DNA of 64,000 bases from Nitrospinae bacterium CG11_big_fil_rev_8_21_14_0_20_45_15 (GCA_002787235.1 PCWG01000035.1:101109-165108), one strand, 5' to 3'; positions 10,462-21,021 are shown, counted from the stretch's first letter. Numbers and translations: made by a program. Notes: generated by a model not told the origin, from the sequence alone.

Positions 10462-11253
10462 TTACTTTATCTTTGCTCTATGCAACATGGACTCAAGGAT
10501 GAAAGCACACAATGGATGAAACAGTCCTATTATGCGCCCACTTAATTCGGTGTAAACGGTCGTCCTTCTCTTTCCGGTGGCATTTATAATTCTTTTAGCC
10601 GCAATTTCCGGGGCCAAACCGCTACCACTGATATTTTTATTTGTCCCTCCCCCTTCCATTTGGTCTTGATGAAACCCCGTATCCATTTTTCCAGGAAATA
10701 CGTTGATCACATCTATGCCCTCTCCCAAGGTTTCTGTGCGAAGAGCTGTACCAAATGCCGCAAGAGCGGCTTTACTCGCCGAATAGGAAGTTAAAAAAGG
10801 AAAAGGAAGGATTGCCGAAAGGGACGTTACATTGATGATTTGCCCCCTCCCCTTTTTTTTCATCAATGGTAAAGCGAGTCTTAAAAGGTGAACCGGAGCC
10901 AGATAGTTGATTCGTATTTCTTCCTCAATCAAAGAGGTTTCGAGTGAGGAAAAAGGAACTGGCGTGGCCGTTCCCACATTATTAACAAGAACATCAATGC
11001 GGCCAAACTCAGCCAGAACCCACTCCAGCCAGTCTTGTGCCTCTTCGGGCTTGGTACAATCCAAAGCTTTGGCAATGACAACACCCCCGGACTGACGAAC
11101 TTCATCGACAAGAGCACCCAACAATTTTTCGTTCCGGGAGCAAAGTGCCAAGCGGGCACCCCTCCGGGAAAATTCCAAGCACATCTCCCGGCCCAGGCCT
11201 CGAGACGCCCCCGTGATAAGGACGGTCTTATCTTTGTAATCGTATTTACTCAA
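10462..11253 (-). CDS. Short-chain dehydrogenase/reductase (SDR)
   Basis: TGASRGLG, NNVG and YSASK motifs. Confidence 0.93.
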   Translation of the reverse strand: MSKYDYKDKTVLITGASRGLGREMCLEFSRRGARLALCSRNEKLLGALVDEVRQSGGVVIAKALDCTKPEEAQDWLEWVLAEFGRIDVLVNNVGTATPVPFSSLETSLIEEEIRINYLAPVHLLRLALPLMKKKGRGQIINVTSLSAILPFPFLTSYSASKAALAAFGTALRTETLGEGIDVINVFPGKMDTGFHQDQMEGGGTNKNISGSGLAPEIAAKRIINATGKRRTTVYTELSGRIIGLFHPLCAFILESMLHRAKIK

Positions 11254-12302
11254 TTCCAGGGGACGGAGCTGGATTTCAAATAATTCTTCCAGGCTGAAGG
11301 GTCAAGAGAAAGGATCAAACTCAATTCATTCTGAAAAAAGAAGGCACATGCCTTGCACTTTATTTTTGGGAGATGATCCCATGCCTTCTGAAATCCCACC
11401 TCTAAAAAATTGAGGACCTCCGCCTGCCCTGTCAAAACCGAACAGGGATAGACACGTCCATTTGCATCTATAAAACAATATAAATCACCCGCCTTGCATG
11501 GAATAATTTCAAAATCTTTATCCTTTATCTCGGCTTCCGTGTGTAGCATCTTGCTCAACTTTTCGTATGGCCAGTCGCGGATATAAGCATGCGTCTTATT
11601 GCAGTAATAAACGGGATATCCCTTATCTTTATAATCGATGATCTTTTGCATGATTCTTTGAGTATCTTCACGCCCGATCACATCAAACTGTTTGTTATCT
11701 TCCTCTTTGATCCGACCATAAGGAAAATGAAAAATAGACAACACCTTTTTCTCTTTCGCAAGTTCAATCACCTCATCCACACAATTCTTATTTGCATTAT
11801 TCAATACGGTACAAGTTGAGACCTGTAACTTATTGTCGACAGCAAACTCGATTGCATCAATGATTTTGGCATAATTCTGAGGCCCTCTATTATTGTTATG
11901 CTGGGCCTCATCCCCATCCAGACTGATATTAATAGAGCTGATATTTTCTAAAGCATCGAATTTTTCTCTCAGTGGCAATCCATTCGTGCTTAAGCTACAT
12001 TTCATACCTTTCTTCACTGTAATATAATCGATGATTTCCTTGATATCGTCCCGGATAAGAGGTTCACCCCCCGTTAGATTAATCAGCCGGGTTCCCAAAG
12101 CTGCTAATTCGTCAACAAGGGCAATCATTTTCTCCAGGGTAATATCATCGGACTCATGGGCATTGTAACTGGCAAAACAATAATCACAGGTCAAATTACA
12201 TCTATTAGTCACCGAAATGGCAACATGGGCGGGGAAACGTTTTCCAGTTACTTTAGCCTGCACCAACTGTCCAAGAAACTTTAAATTTTGAATTGCAGAC
12301 AT
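11250..12302 (-). CDS. Radical SAM protein with SPASM/twitch domain
   Basis: CNLTCDYC, LTGGEP, and C-terminal CKAG...IDANGRVYPC...CKAC. Confidence 0.9.
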   Translation of the reverse strand: MSAIQNLKFLGQLVQAKVTGKRFPAHVAISVTNRCNLTCDYCFASYNAHESDDITLEKMIALVDELAALGTRLINLTGGEPLIRDDIKEIIDYITVKKGMKCSLSTNGLPLREKFDALENISSINISLDGDEAQHNNNRGPQNYAKIIDAIEFAVDNKLQVSTCTVLNNANKNCVDEVIELAKEKKVLSIFHFPYGRIKEEDNKQFDVIGREDTQRIMQKIIDYKDKGYPVYYCNKTHAYIRDWPYEKLSKMLHTEAEIKDKDFEIIPCKAGDLYCFIDANGRVYPCSVLTGQAEVLNFLEVGFQKAWDHLPKIKCKACAFFFQNELSLILSLDPSAWKNYLKSSSVPWN

Positions 12303-12553
12303 TCTTTATCTCCAACGACCGAGAACTTTAATTATTCAGGCCCGTTTTTAGAGTGTTATCGAATTTTTTTCCGAAATTTAGCAACTCCATTTAATTCTAT
12401 ATTTTTCAAATACTAAAATAGAATCCATCTCCTACAATGGTATCAATTCCATACAAACCAATCAAGCTGGGATTGAATTCAGAAAAAAGTATTTCAATGT
12501 CGTTGTACTGCGTGTCATATTATAAACCTTTAAAAGGTAACTCTACCGATCAT

Positions 12554-14848
12554 TTACTTTAGTTCAAGTGAATAAAGCCGAATTATATCGGGTGACCCAC
12601 CTTTAGTGAACAACACTCTATAATATTTATACTGAACAGGTTCTTTTAACTCAAACGCTCTCACTTCCCTATGCTTCCATTCAGTTTGCTCAATCTGAAC
12701 ATCGAGATCCACCCAATCCACATTATCATGTGAGCCCTGCAGGATCCATGCAGATGGCATTCTATGATGTGCTCCATGATTGTCTGGTCCCGAGGAAATC
12801 TGGTAGGCTCCGACTGGAATCGCTTCCTCCAAACTAATTTTAAGCTCGTGTGGGAATTTTCCTGCTTGTTCCCAAAAAGTATCCAAAACCTCGTCAAAAG
12901 CATAGAATGGGCCGTAAGCTCTTCTATCTTCTGGCTTGATTATCAAACCTGCGATAGAACTCGGTCTTTCCAAATAATTCTGACTCACATGACGTGGAAT
13001 CAAATCCGTGTTCACGTCCTTATAAGGATCTACAGACCATCGAGTACTCCCATAAGGTAAAGCCAAAGGTGTCGATCCTTTGGGAGCCTTATCCCTCTTC
13101 TGAAGCATTAATAGCCTAACATCAGCGGCATCGTGAAGCACCTTTCTGACAACGAATTGAGGGCTATTGGGTGAATTGAGATATTCTTTAACAAAATCCC
13201 TTTGACGAAATAATGCATATACTTCGTGTTGAAAGTATTGGTCCGCAGACTCAGGAATTATGACAAAATCTGACTCTTCAAATGTCTTGGCAATTCCTTC
13301 CCGTACAGCCTTTGTGGCCTCTTCAGAGTAATTCATACTCCAAAGCAAGGGGTAAGCCTCTCCTGTATAATGCCTGAAAGCGGGCATGTTATTCTTCAGT
13401 CGATAATACTGCAGGACAGGAGCATTGTATAATTCATACCATAGAACAGCGAGAGTTCCTCCACCGAGTTCTTTATCGAGATTGAGAGCAAAATGCTCCA
13501 CTTCAAACGGATTTGCCGCATTTTTTACGCGTGTCAAGTCTGTATTCAATCGAGTAAAAAAGGTTCCATAAATCAAAATCAGGGTCATGAATACAGGAAG
13601 GATCCAATTTTGAAAGGACTCTATAAACCTTTCAGCCTTTTTGACTATTGGCGAAAAAACAATATATATGGTCAAAGAAACTGCCGATATCATGGGAATA
13701 TATGGTGTAGGCACGGAAAAAAATTGCGTCCGGAATATGAACAGATTGAGAAAAAATATCGAATAGAAAATAACCGTAGCTGTCAGCGCAAGTAATTTAT
13801 AATGGTTTCTTTGGTTTTCTTCAAAAAATTTGTCGAACTTGAATGTAAGCAACAGGCTTCCTAAAACTAATACATGACAGGTCAAAGTCATCAACTTCTC
13901 AACCAAAGTTGGGAAACTGTCCGGCCACCTCCAAAATAAAAATCCTGGAATAATTTTCAAATTATTTAGAATAACGTTCCAGTTCAACAATGTGTCACGG
14001 GCGATTCCAATATGATCACCATAATAACTACTTAACACAGTCCATTGAGTTGAATAAAACCAAAAGGACATGGAAATAGCTATAACGTTGAAACCCAGAA
14101 AATTGTAAATTAACGTTTTTCGAAAGTCCCTTGACTTCTCTTTACAAATTTTAACAACCATGATTACAAACGGACAAAATGATACTAAAAGCAAATACGG
14201 AAGAGAATTTCCTCTGCCCCAGACAGCAAATCCAATCAGTAACCCGGCGAATAGCGCGTTTCTCGTACGCTCTGGTTTCAAGACGTAAATCATTAGATTA
14301 CACACCGCTATTATTATCATCGCATTGAAAGCGGCATCCAACTGCATATTGGATAGTGCAATTTGGTGCTTAAAACCATAAAGGCTGGGATAGATCCAAA
14401 TGATAAGGGAAAGGAGATAAGAAGAGGCAATACTAAATTCCATAAACCGAGCCAATCGGAACAAAGAGGCTGATGAAAACCCAAACAAAACAAAGTTAAC
14501 CAACATTATGGAGTAAGGTTCTTTATAGAGAGCAGGAGACAACAGACTGATCATGAAATTAATCAACCAGTAAAAATTATAATGTCCCGTCAGAGCCGTT
14601 AGAGTCCATTGCCAAAAATCCTGTTGAACATGGTCCAAGTGATGGAAAAACCCAACTGTATACGAAAAAGGATCTCCTCTCGGCACCCTGGTGTCATGGT
14701 ATAAAAAAGAGTTTTGAGAGGCAATGAGGTAAAATATTACCGTATGGAATCCAATCAAGGTGTAGCCTAGAAGGGAATTCCCCTTCGGTGAAGAACTCCT
14801 CTGAGGCAACTTCAAATTAAGGTCAGCACTTATTTTTTTCTCGGACAT
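12554..14848 (-). CDS. Polytopic membrane protein with C-terminal discoidin domain (putative GT-C)
   Basis: Many TM helices and an early periplasmic GDPFSY motif; the C-terminus WILQGSHDNVDWVDL...YKYYRVLF is F5/8-C-like. Confidence 0.6.
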   Translation of the reverse strand: MSEKKISADLNLKLPQRSSSPKGNSLLGYTLIGFHTVIFYLIASQNSFLYHDTRVPRGDPFSYTVGFFHHLDHVQQDFWQWTLTALTGHYNFYWLINFMISLLSPALYKEPYSIMLVNFVLFGFSSASLFRLARFMEFSIASSYLLSLIIWIYPSLYGFKHQIALSNMQLDAAFNAMIIIAVCNLMIYVLKPERTRNALFAGLLIGFAVWGRGNSLPYLLLVSFCPFVIMVVKICKEKSRDFRKTLIYNFLGFNVIAISMSFWFYSTQWTVLSSYYGDHIGIARDTLLNWNVILNNLKIIPGFLFWRWPDSFPTLVEKLMTLTCHVLVLGSLLLTFKFDKFFEENQRNHYKLLALTATVIFYSIFFLNLFIFRTQFFSVPTPYIPMISAVSLTIYIVFSPIVKKAERFIESFQNWILPVFMTLILIYGTFFTRLNTDLTRVKNAANPFEVEHFALNLDKELGGGTLAVLWYELYNAPVLQYYRLKNNMPAFRHYTGEAYPLLWSMNYSEEATKAVREGIAKTFEESDFVIIPESADQYFQHEVYALFRQRDFVKEYLNSPNSPQFVVRKVLHDAADVRLLMLQKRDKAPKGSTPLALPYGSTRWSVDPYKDVNTDLIPRHVSQNYLERPSSIAGLIIKPEDRRAYGPFYAFDEVLDTFWEQAGKFPHELKISLEEAIPVGAYQISSGPDNHGAHHRMPSAWILQGSHDNVDWVDLDVQIEQTEWKHREVRAFELKEPVQYKYYRVLFTKGGSPDIIRLYSLELK

Positions 14849-14897
14849 GATTTTTTTGTTTTATTAAGGGAATGCTAGTGAAAACGAAGCGTTACGC

Positions 14898-15800
14898 TCA
14901 AGGCTTGAGTCCGATAGCCGCCATATTACCTACAGGCATGGGGAGGGGAACGCGGTCAATTCCTATTTTCTTTAAAGCTGAATGAAGCTTTTGCTTCACC
15001 CCTTTTCCAAGTGGAGCCAACCGTAGCCAATAGTGAAGGGGGTAAGTATTGATCACATTCTGAATTCGAATATTTTTGAAGCCTGATTTTTCCAACATGT
15101 ATTGCATGCTGACTGCGGAATTGATCTGGAGATGCTCGATATCAAATATGGGGGATTTTGTTTTCAGTACTCGCGCTAAAAACGATTGATAATTGTGCGA
15201 AATCACAAAAAATGCTCCACCTGGTTTCAAAAGACTGAATGCAGAATCACAAAACGTTTTTGGATCCTCCAAATGCTCCAAAGTCTGCATACAAGAAATC
15301 AAGTTGAAACTCTCCGCTTGAAAATCATTCGGATCAAACAAACCAAACCGGATATGAGGTTTGATATCATCATCTGCCGCCTCTATAGGAGCGCGGGAAG
15401 CCTCAACTCCAGTGACCTGTTCAAATCCCGCTCGACGTAATTGCTTCAAAAAAGCTCCGTTACCTGCCCCAATATCCAATGCATAACCACGTCCATTGAG
15501 TGAAGAAATAGTCTCCTTCAAATAGCGAAAATAGGTTTTTGCCGCAAACTCCGATTCTTCGGTGCTATCGTACAGAGCCTCTTCGTAAGCAGTCTCCAGG
15601 AACTCTACAGTTGGAACTTCGGGAGCATACAACAAATTACAAACCGGACAGATAACCATTTTATAAAAGGTATATTCAGGATCTTTGCGTGAAGAAAAAG
15701 AAAATCCGTCGATCCTTGACTCGTCAAACTGCGACTCCACCATCACATTGGAAATGTCTGTTGATTCGCAAACAGGACAAGGACGTGTTTTAAATTTCAT
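14898..15800 (-). CDS. Class I SAM-dependent methyltransferase with N-terminal Cys (Zn) motif
   Basis: CPVC...CPVC; ALDIGAGNG; LEHL; LLKPGG. Confidence 0.88.
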   Translation of the reverse strand: MKFKTRPCPVCESTDISNVMVESQFDESRIDGFSFSSRKDPEYTFYKMVICPVCNLLYAPEVPTVEFLETAYEEALYDSTEESEFAAKTYFRYLKETISSLNGRGYALDIGAGNGAFLKQLRRAGFEQVTGVEASRAPIEAADDDIKPHIRFGLFDPNDFQAESFNLISCMQTLEHLEDPKTFCDSAFSLLKPGGAFFVISHNYQSFLARVLKTKSPIFDIEHLQINSAVSMQYMLEKSGFKNIRIQNVINTYPLHYWLRLAPLGKGVKQKLHSALKKIGIDRVPLPMPVGNMAAIGLKP

Positions 15801-17788
15801 TTCAAATCATCTTTTCTAGAAATTTTACCCGTACTCTCAGAAGGCTTCCAAAGCTCACCGTAACGAATAATATTTCGTCTCAAAAAATGAGGACGACGCT
15901 TCACTTCCTCAAACACTTTGGAAAGATATTCTCCCAAAATACTTATCCCAAACAAATTCAAGGATCCAAAAAAAGTAATCATCAAAATTACAGTAACGAT
16001 TCCTTCTGCGGCAATATCGGGGTAAATAAGTTTCAAAACAATATGAAATATTCCCAGAATAAAAGAGCATACAAGTAGAAAAAAACCAGAGAATGACAGA
16101 ATAGTTAGCGGAGTATTACTGAATGAAAGTATTCCCTTCTTTGCCCAGTCAATATTTTTTAGAAAACTATTCGTCGTCTGCCCGAACATACGTTCCGGTC
16201 TTCTATAATCCACACCCGTTTGTTTGAATCCCGCAAAAGCTCGAATCCCACGGATGAACATATCTCGTTCAGGAAATTCCAATATGCTTCGTACAACACT
16301 TTTAGACATCAAAGAAAAATCACCTGCATCGTGTGGTATTTTGACATACGAAAAGGTATCAAAAACCCGGTAGAACGCCTTATAGGCCAATTGCATGTAT
16401 ATCGGGGCATCCCGTTTTACCCTACGACCATACACCACATCAAAACCTTCCTTCCACTTAGCCACAAATGCTTCAATCAATTCAGGGGGGTCCTGCAGAT
16501 CGCCATCCAATAGTACGCAAGAATTTTTTGAGGCCACCTCCATCCCACTTCTAAAAGCAGACTGTGAACCAAAATTTCTCGAATGACTGATTCCCAAAAC
16601 CCTTCTATCTTTAAGGGTAATTTCCCGAATCACTTCTTCACTGTCATCGGGGCTGTTGTCATTCACGAAAATGATTTCATAATCAATCTGCAGTTTATCA
16701 AATACAGATTTCAACCTTTCATACATGATTGGAATCGCCTGCCCATCCTTGTAGCACGCAATGATAGCGGAAACACTGTATTCCCCAACCAATTCATTCT
16801 GTTTAGAATTTCTCTGGTAATCATCCTTTAATTGAATCCCTTGATACCACTCAGCCGTTGCCTTCAAACCCTCTCTGAAATTTGTAAGGGGAGTCCATTG
16901 CAGTAATCGATTGGCCTTTTCGGGGTTGGCATACCAATTTTGCACATCCCAATCCCTATTGGGCATGGAAGAAAATTTAGCATCGGTTTCAATACCAAAT
17001 ACTTCCTTGGCGATTTGAGCTATCTGAGCAATAGTTGTAGCCTGTCCCGTGCCAATATTGAATGATTCTCCATAATTTTCTTCTTTCAAATTATTGGCCG
17101 CTTTAATGAAAGCCCGACAAGCGTCTTCCACATAAACAAAATCCCGGGAAACATTTGGATCCACAAAAGGGGGATATTCTTTACTCAATCCTTTGGACAC
17201 CACTACGGGAATCAAACGAGATGAATCTTCCAAAGGACCATAAACTGAATAAAGCCTGAGGTTGGCACACGGAAAGCGAAGCGATTTTCCAAAATAATAA
17301 AGCAAATAGGAAACTGCAGATTTTGATACTGCGTAATGGCTGTTCGGAGTCAGAAGTACATCTTCTTTTGGTGCTGTGGCATGATCCCCATACTCAGAGG
17401 AACTCCCGGCGTGAATATAACGGCGAACGCCTCGAGCCTGCAATTCTTCCAGAAGCTTAACAGTCAGATTAAAGTTGGTATCATGGATGAGTTGGTAATT
17501 CTTTTCAAAAGAATACGCTCCATAGGCGATACAATTGAATACAGTTTTGGGCTGAACACTATCCAAAACCTTAATAAGGTTCGAGGGAACCAGTAAATCC
17601 ATGACCCTTATATTTTTTTCGGGGACTCCCTCCAAACGCCAAGACGCATAGGTTCTGGAAGTTCCAACAACATCTTCGCGATGCTTGAGTAACATCCGCA
17701 ATAAATTGCCGCCAACAAATCCACTCGAACCCAACACAAGAATGGGTCCGGGAATAGCTCTAATTTCTTCGCTTAGACTCATAGTCAT
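15797..17788 (-). CDS. Fusion of NAD-dependent epimerase/dehydratase and ArnC/DPM-like GT2
   Basis: N-terminal GSSGFVGG, GSSSEYG and YAVSK; C-terminal VNDNSPD, SRNFG, LDGDLQDPPE, GDFSLM and two TM helices. Confidence 0.9.
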   Translation of the reverse strand: MTMSLSEEIRAIPGPILVLGSSGFVGGNLLRMLLKHREDVVGTSRTYASWRLEGVPEKNIRVMDLLVPSNLIKVLDSVQPKTVFNCIAYGAYSFEKNYQLIHDTNFNLTVKLLEELQARGVRRYIHAGSSSEYGDHATAPKEDVLLTPNSHYAVSKSAVSYLLYYFGKSLRFPCANLRLYSVYGPLEDSSRLIPVVVSKGLSKEYPPFVDPNVSRDFVYVEDACRAFIKAANNLKEENYGESFNIGTGQATTIAQIAQIAKEVFGIETDAKFSSMPNRDWDVQNWYANPEKANRLLQWTPLTNFREGLKATAEWYQGIQLKDDYQRNSKQNELVGEYSVSAIIACYKDGQAIPIMYERLKSVFDKLQIDYEIIFVNDNSPDDSEEVIREITLKDRRVLGISHSRNFGSQSAFRSGMEVASKNSCVLLDGDLQDPPELIEAFVAKWKEGFDVVYGRRVKRDAPIYMQLAYKAFYRVFDTFSYVKIPHDAGDFSLMSKSVVRSILEFPERDMFIRGIRAFAGFKQTGVDYRRPERMFGQTTNSFLKNIDWAKKGILSFSNTPLTILSFSGFFLLVCSFILGIFHIVLKLIYPDIAAEGIVTVILMITFFGSLNLFGISILGEYLSKVFEEVKRRPHFLRRNIIRYGELWKPSESTGKISRKDDLK

Positions 17789-17815
17789 TGCGCTAAAATG
17801 TGTTTGAAAATAAAA

Positions 17816-18739
17816 TCAGAAGGACCCCAATGCTTGAAGTGCTGTAGCAACCAACTTTTCGGACGACAAGCCGTTCACATCATTTAGAAATTTTTCACTT
17901 CCCGTTATTCCATTAGGAGTAGATCGGACCCCGCATCGAAAAACTTTACAGGAAATCCCTTCCTCTGCGATTATTTCGGAAACCAGAGAACCCACTCCTC
18001 CGACGATATAATGAGCCTCCACGGTTAGCACCAGAGGGTATCGGGCCAAGATCTCAACCAAATCGTCCTTAGGTGCTGGGGACAAACAAGATACCACCAT
18101 GAGTCCACACGAAATTCCTTTTTCAGACAAGGTATTTATGGCTTCCAATGCCGAGGGAGCAATACTGCCCATCGTCACCATCAAAAGATCATTCCCTTTT
18201 CTAATCTCCTGCGCTTTGCCAAGATCAAATTTCCCCTCTAATCCAGGCAACACCGTCTTATCGTCTTTTCCCAATCGAAAGTAAACGGGACCTGGAAGGT
18301 GATACGACGCCTTGAGTGCCGATTTTGCTTGTTGAGCGTCCGCAGGAGCTATCACTGTCAGACCGGGTTGCACTCGCATCACCCCAATATCCTCCAAGCC
18401 ATGATGAGTGGGGCCAGCATGACCATATTCAAAACCGCCGCCTATTGCAAGAATACGCACCGGCAATTGATGCAACACGGGCCCATTACGAATAAATTCG
18501 TAAGGTCTCAAGGCGGCAAAATTTACGATGGAATAGACAAAAGGAATGAAGCCAGATTCCGCAAGACCCGTCGCAAGACCCAACATATTCTGCTCTGAAA
18601 CCCCCACATTAAAAAACTGACCAGGAACCCTGTCGGCAAACTGTTCCAACACGCAATATCCCAGATCCGCCGTTAACAATACGATCCGAGGGTCTTGCTC
18701 AGCCAGTTCAGTCAATGTCCCTATTACGACACCTCTCAT
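17816..18739 (-). CDS. Transketolase C-terminal (pyrimidine-binding) subunit
   Basis: LTADLG, NVGVSEQNM, GPTHHGLED and GPVYFRLGK. Confidence 0.92.
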   Translation of the reverse strand: MRGVVIGTLTELAEQDPRIVLLTADLGYCVLEQFADRVPGQFFNVGVSEQNMLGLATGLAESGFIPFVYSIVNFAALRPYEFIRNGPVLHQLPVRILAIGGGFEYGHAGPTHHGLEDIGVMRVQPGLTVIAPADAQQAKSALKASYHLPGPVYFRLGKDDKTVLPGLEGKFDLGKAQEIRKGNDLLMVTMGSIAPSALEAINTLSEKGISCGLMVVSCLSPAPKDDLVEILARYPLVLTVEAHYIVGGVGSLVSEIIAEEGISCKVFRCGVRSTPNGITGSEKFLNDVNGLSSEKLVATALQALGSF

Positions 18740-19542
18740 ACTTCTATTCCAATTTCTTTTAGAGCCAGACTGTACTCTTCATCTGACATCGGCCAATAAT
18801 GCCATTTGATCGTACGCTCCATATATGATACGCCTTTGCCCAGAGTGGTCTTGGCGATTAGCATATGAGGTTTTCCGCTTAAAGAGTCAATGCCCGACAA
18901 AGCTCCCTCTAATTCACTATGATTGTGCCCATCAATGGTTTGCACCTGCCAACCAAAAGCCTTGAACCTTTCAGGAAGAGCTGTCAAATCCAACACTTCG
19001 CGCGTAAAACCCAAAGCCTGTTGACCATTATCATCGATAACAACAACCAAATTGGACAACTGATGGTGAGCCGCAAACATAACAGCCTCCCAAAAGGATC
19101 CCTCATTCAATTCGGCATCACTCACTAAAACATACACACATCGAGAAGATTTTTTTAACTTTGCCGCTAAAGCAGCTCCAGCCGCCATTGAAAGACCATG
19201 CCCCAGTGAACCTGTAGCAAAATCCACACCTCTTAATCCATATTCAGGGTGAACCCCAAGACGACTGTCGTCAGCGCAGTATGTATTCAATTCTTCCTGA
19301 GTCAACCAGCCTTTTAGATGGAAAGCCGCATACAGGGCCAAAGCCGCGTGCCCTTTAGAAAGAACGAAACGATCTCTTTCCGAGTCTTCGGGGGAAGGTA
19401 TGTTTAAAATGTGGCTATACAGAACAGCAATAATATCAGCTATGCTCAAAGCGGAACCAATGTGACCAACATGAGCCCGTTTCGATTGTTCTAGAATAAT
19501 ATGTCGGATTTTTTTTGCCCAATCCGTGGAGTTCAAATTCAA
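18736..19542 (-). CDS. Transketolase N-terminal (TPP-binding) subunit
   Basis: GHIGSALS, RDRFVLSKGH, TGSLGHG and SDAELNEG...DDNGQQ. Confidence 0.92.
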   Translation of the reverse strand: MNLNSTDWAKKIRHIILEQSKRAHVGHIGSALSIADIIAVLYSHILNIPSPEDSERDRFVLSKGHAALALYAAFHLKGWLTQEELNTYCADDSRLGVHPEYGLRGVDFATGSLGHGLSMAAGAALAAKLKKSSRCVYVLVSDAELNEGSFWEAVMFAAHHQLSNLVVVIDDNGQQALGFTREVLDLTALPERFKAFGWQVQTIDGHNHSELEGALSGIDSLSGKPHMLIAKTTLGKGVSYMERTIKWHYWPMSDEEYSLALKEIGIEV

Positions 19543-19738
19543 AACCTTTATCGAGTTACTAGATATTCACCCCCAAGAATGCAACTGGAAATGAATCAAA
19601 TTTCATTCATTGAAATATACCGTCTACAAACAGGATATTAAGAAGTCACAACTATTCATTTCCTGTACATTATGCAGAGAGGATATCTTTAGAAAAAACA
19701 ACACTGATTATAAGATACAACTAGCCTTTTAACAACTG

Positions 19739-20467
19739 CTAAGGTTTGAACCACCATTGACATTCAGTGATCCGACTCCACAGTAAGTTTGCTAAAAAAT
19801 CCAGTGTGACCAAGGGTTTGATAAAGGAAGGTCGATAATCAATGCGCTGGAAACTGGTCGGGATTTCCGCAATGGCCAACTTGAAACGACGGGCCTGAAT
19901 CATTATTTCCGCATCAATGAACCAGCCATTGGATCTCAAATCCATCCGTTGATAGACGGCACGTGTCATTATTTTCGGCTTCGAATTCATGTCTCCGCAA
20001 CGCAGGCCTGGAAACAATAACTTGAAAATAAAATTGTAGGTCTGTGAAAGAATTTTCCGATACACGCCATCATCACGCCGCACTCGGAAGGTTTTTGCCA
20101 GATCACATTGATCTTCCTTCATCTTTCGATAGACTCGGACAACATCTTCATATGGCATCTGACCATCGCCGTCAATGACCGCAATCGTTTCCCCTCTTGC
20201 CGCGGCCAAACCTGTTTTCATGTCCCAGCCCATCATCCCCTCTTTTTCCTGGGTGATGGCGACAATTTTTTCATTGTTTTCAGCAATACTGCGAACCACT
20301 TCAGGGGTGCGATCGTCTTGGCCTTTAAGATAATTGCCAACCAAAATGATTTCCCAATCCGGCTCACAACCCTCCAGCGACCCAATCAATTGATCAACAA
20401 ATTCCCGGATAGTTTCGGCACTTCGGTAAGCAAGCACGACAACCGATATTTTAGGCACAGTACCCAA
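19739..20467 (-). CDS. Glycosyltransferase family 2
   Basis: ISVVVLAY, IDGDGQMP and WFIDAEI. Confidence 0.88.
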   Translation of the reverse strand: MGTVPKISVVVLAYRSAETIREFVDQLIGSLEGCEPDWEIILVGNYLKGQDDRTPEVVRSIAENNEKIVAITQEKEGMMGWDMKTGLAAARGETIAVIDGDGQMPYEDVVRVYRKMKEDQCDLAKTFRVRRDDGVYRKILSQTYNFIFKLLFPGLRCGDMNSKPKIMTRAVYQRMDLRSNGWFIDAEIMIQARRFKLAIAEIPTSFQRIDYRPSFIKPLVTLDFLANLLWSRITECQWWFKP

Positions 20468-20661
20468 ATCTATAGCTATCCCCCGAAATTTAGTTAATCA
20501 AATACTCTGAACTCAATCCTGTTGGGAGCAGTTTTGCAATTTTTCACCACAAAAGCAATATCTTAAGCTGAGGTTGAGAGAGTCCAACGTGTCTTGTAAA
20601 TAAAGGATATATATTTCTTCGAGTCCCCTGCCACTTTAACTGCCAGCAGAATTCTAAGAAA

Positions 20662-21021
20662 TCACTCGATTCCAAAATATTCGCGCGCCAATTCCACTTC
20701 CATGGATGTGGGGTTTTCTGGGTCGTGCGGTGCCGGGGCATCTTTCAACGATTCCTGAGTCAGGGATAATGTGACTTTGCCCATATCTTCCACTTCGCAG
20801 ATCGTCAACGGAATCAAAATGCTTTTTCCGGCAATTCTGAGAAATCCGCCCAGGTTCACAATCACATATTCGGCGTGATGGGTTGCGTTAGAAACCAGCA
20901 AAGATTCAATTTTCCCTATCGATTCGCCAAGACGATCGTAAAGAAAAAAACCCACGATCCTGTCCACCTTCCGCAGCCTGTGGTTGTTCTCTTTGACACA
21001 CAAAAATTGCTTTGAATTCAT
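20662..21021 (-). CDS. PRC-barrel domain protein
   Basis: GESIGKIESLLV...EYVIVNLGGFLRIAGKSILIP...LKDAP pattern. Confidence 0.85.
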   Translation of the reverse strand: MNSKQFLCVKENNHRLRKVDRIVGFFLYDRLGESIGKIESLLVSNATHHAEYVIVNLGGFLRIAGKSILIPLTICEVEDMGKVTLSLTQESLKDAPAPHDPENPTSMEVELAREYFGIE

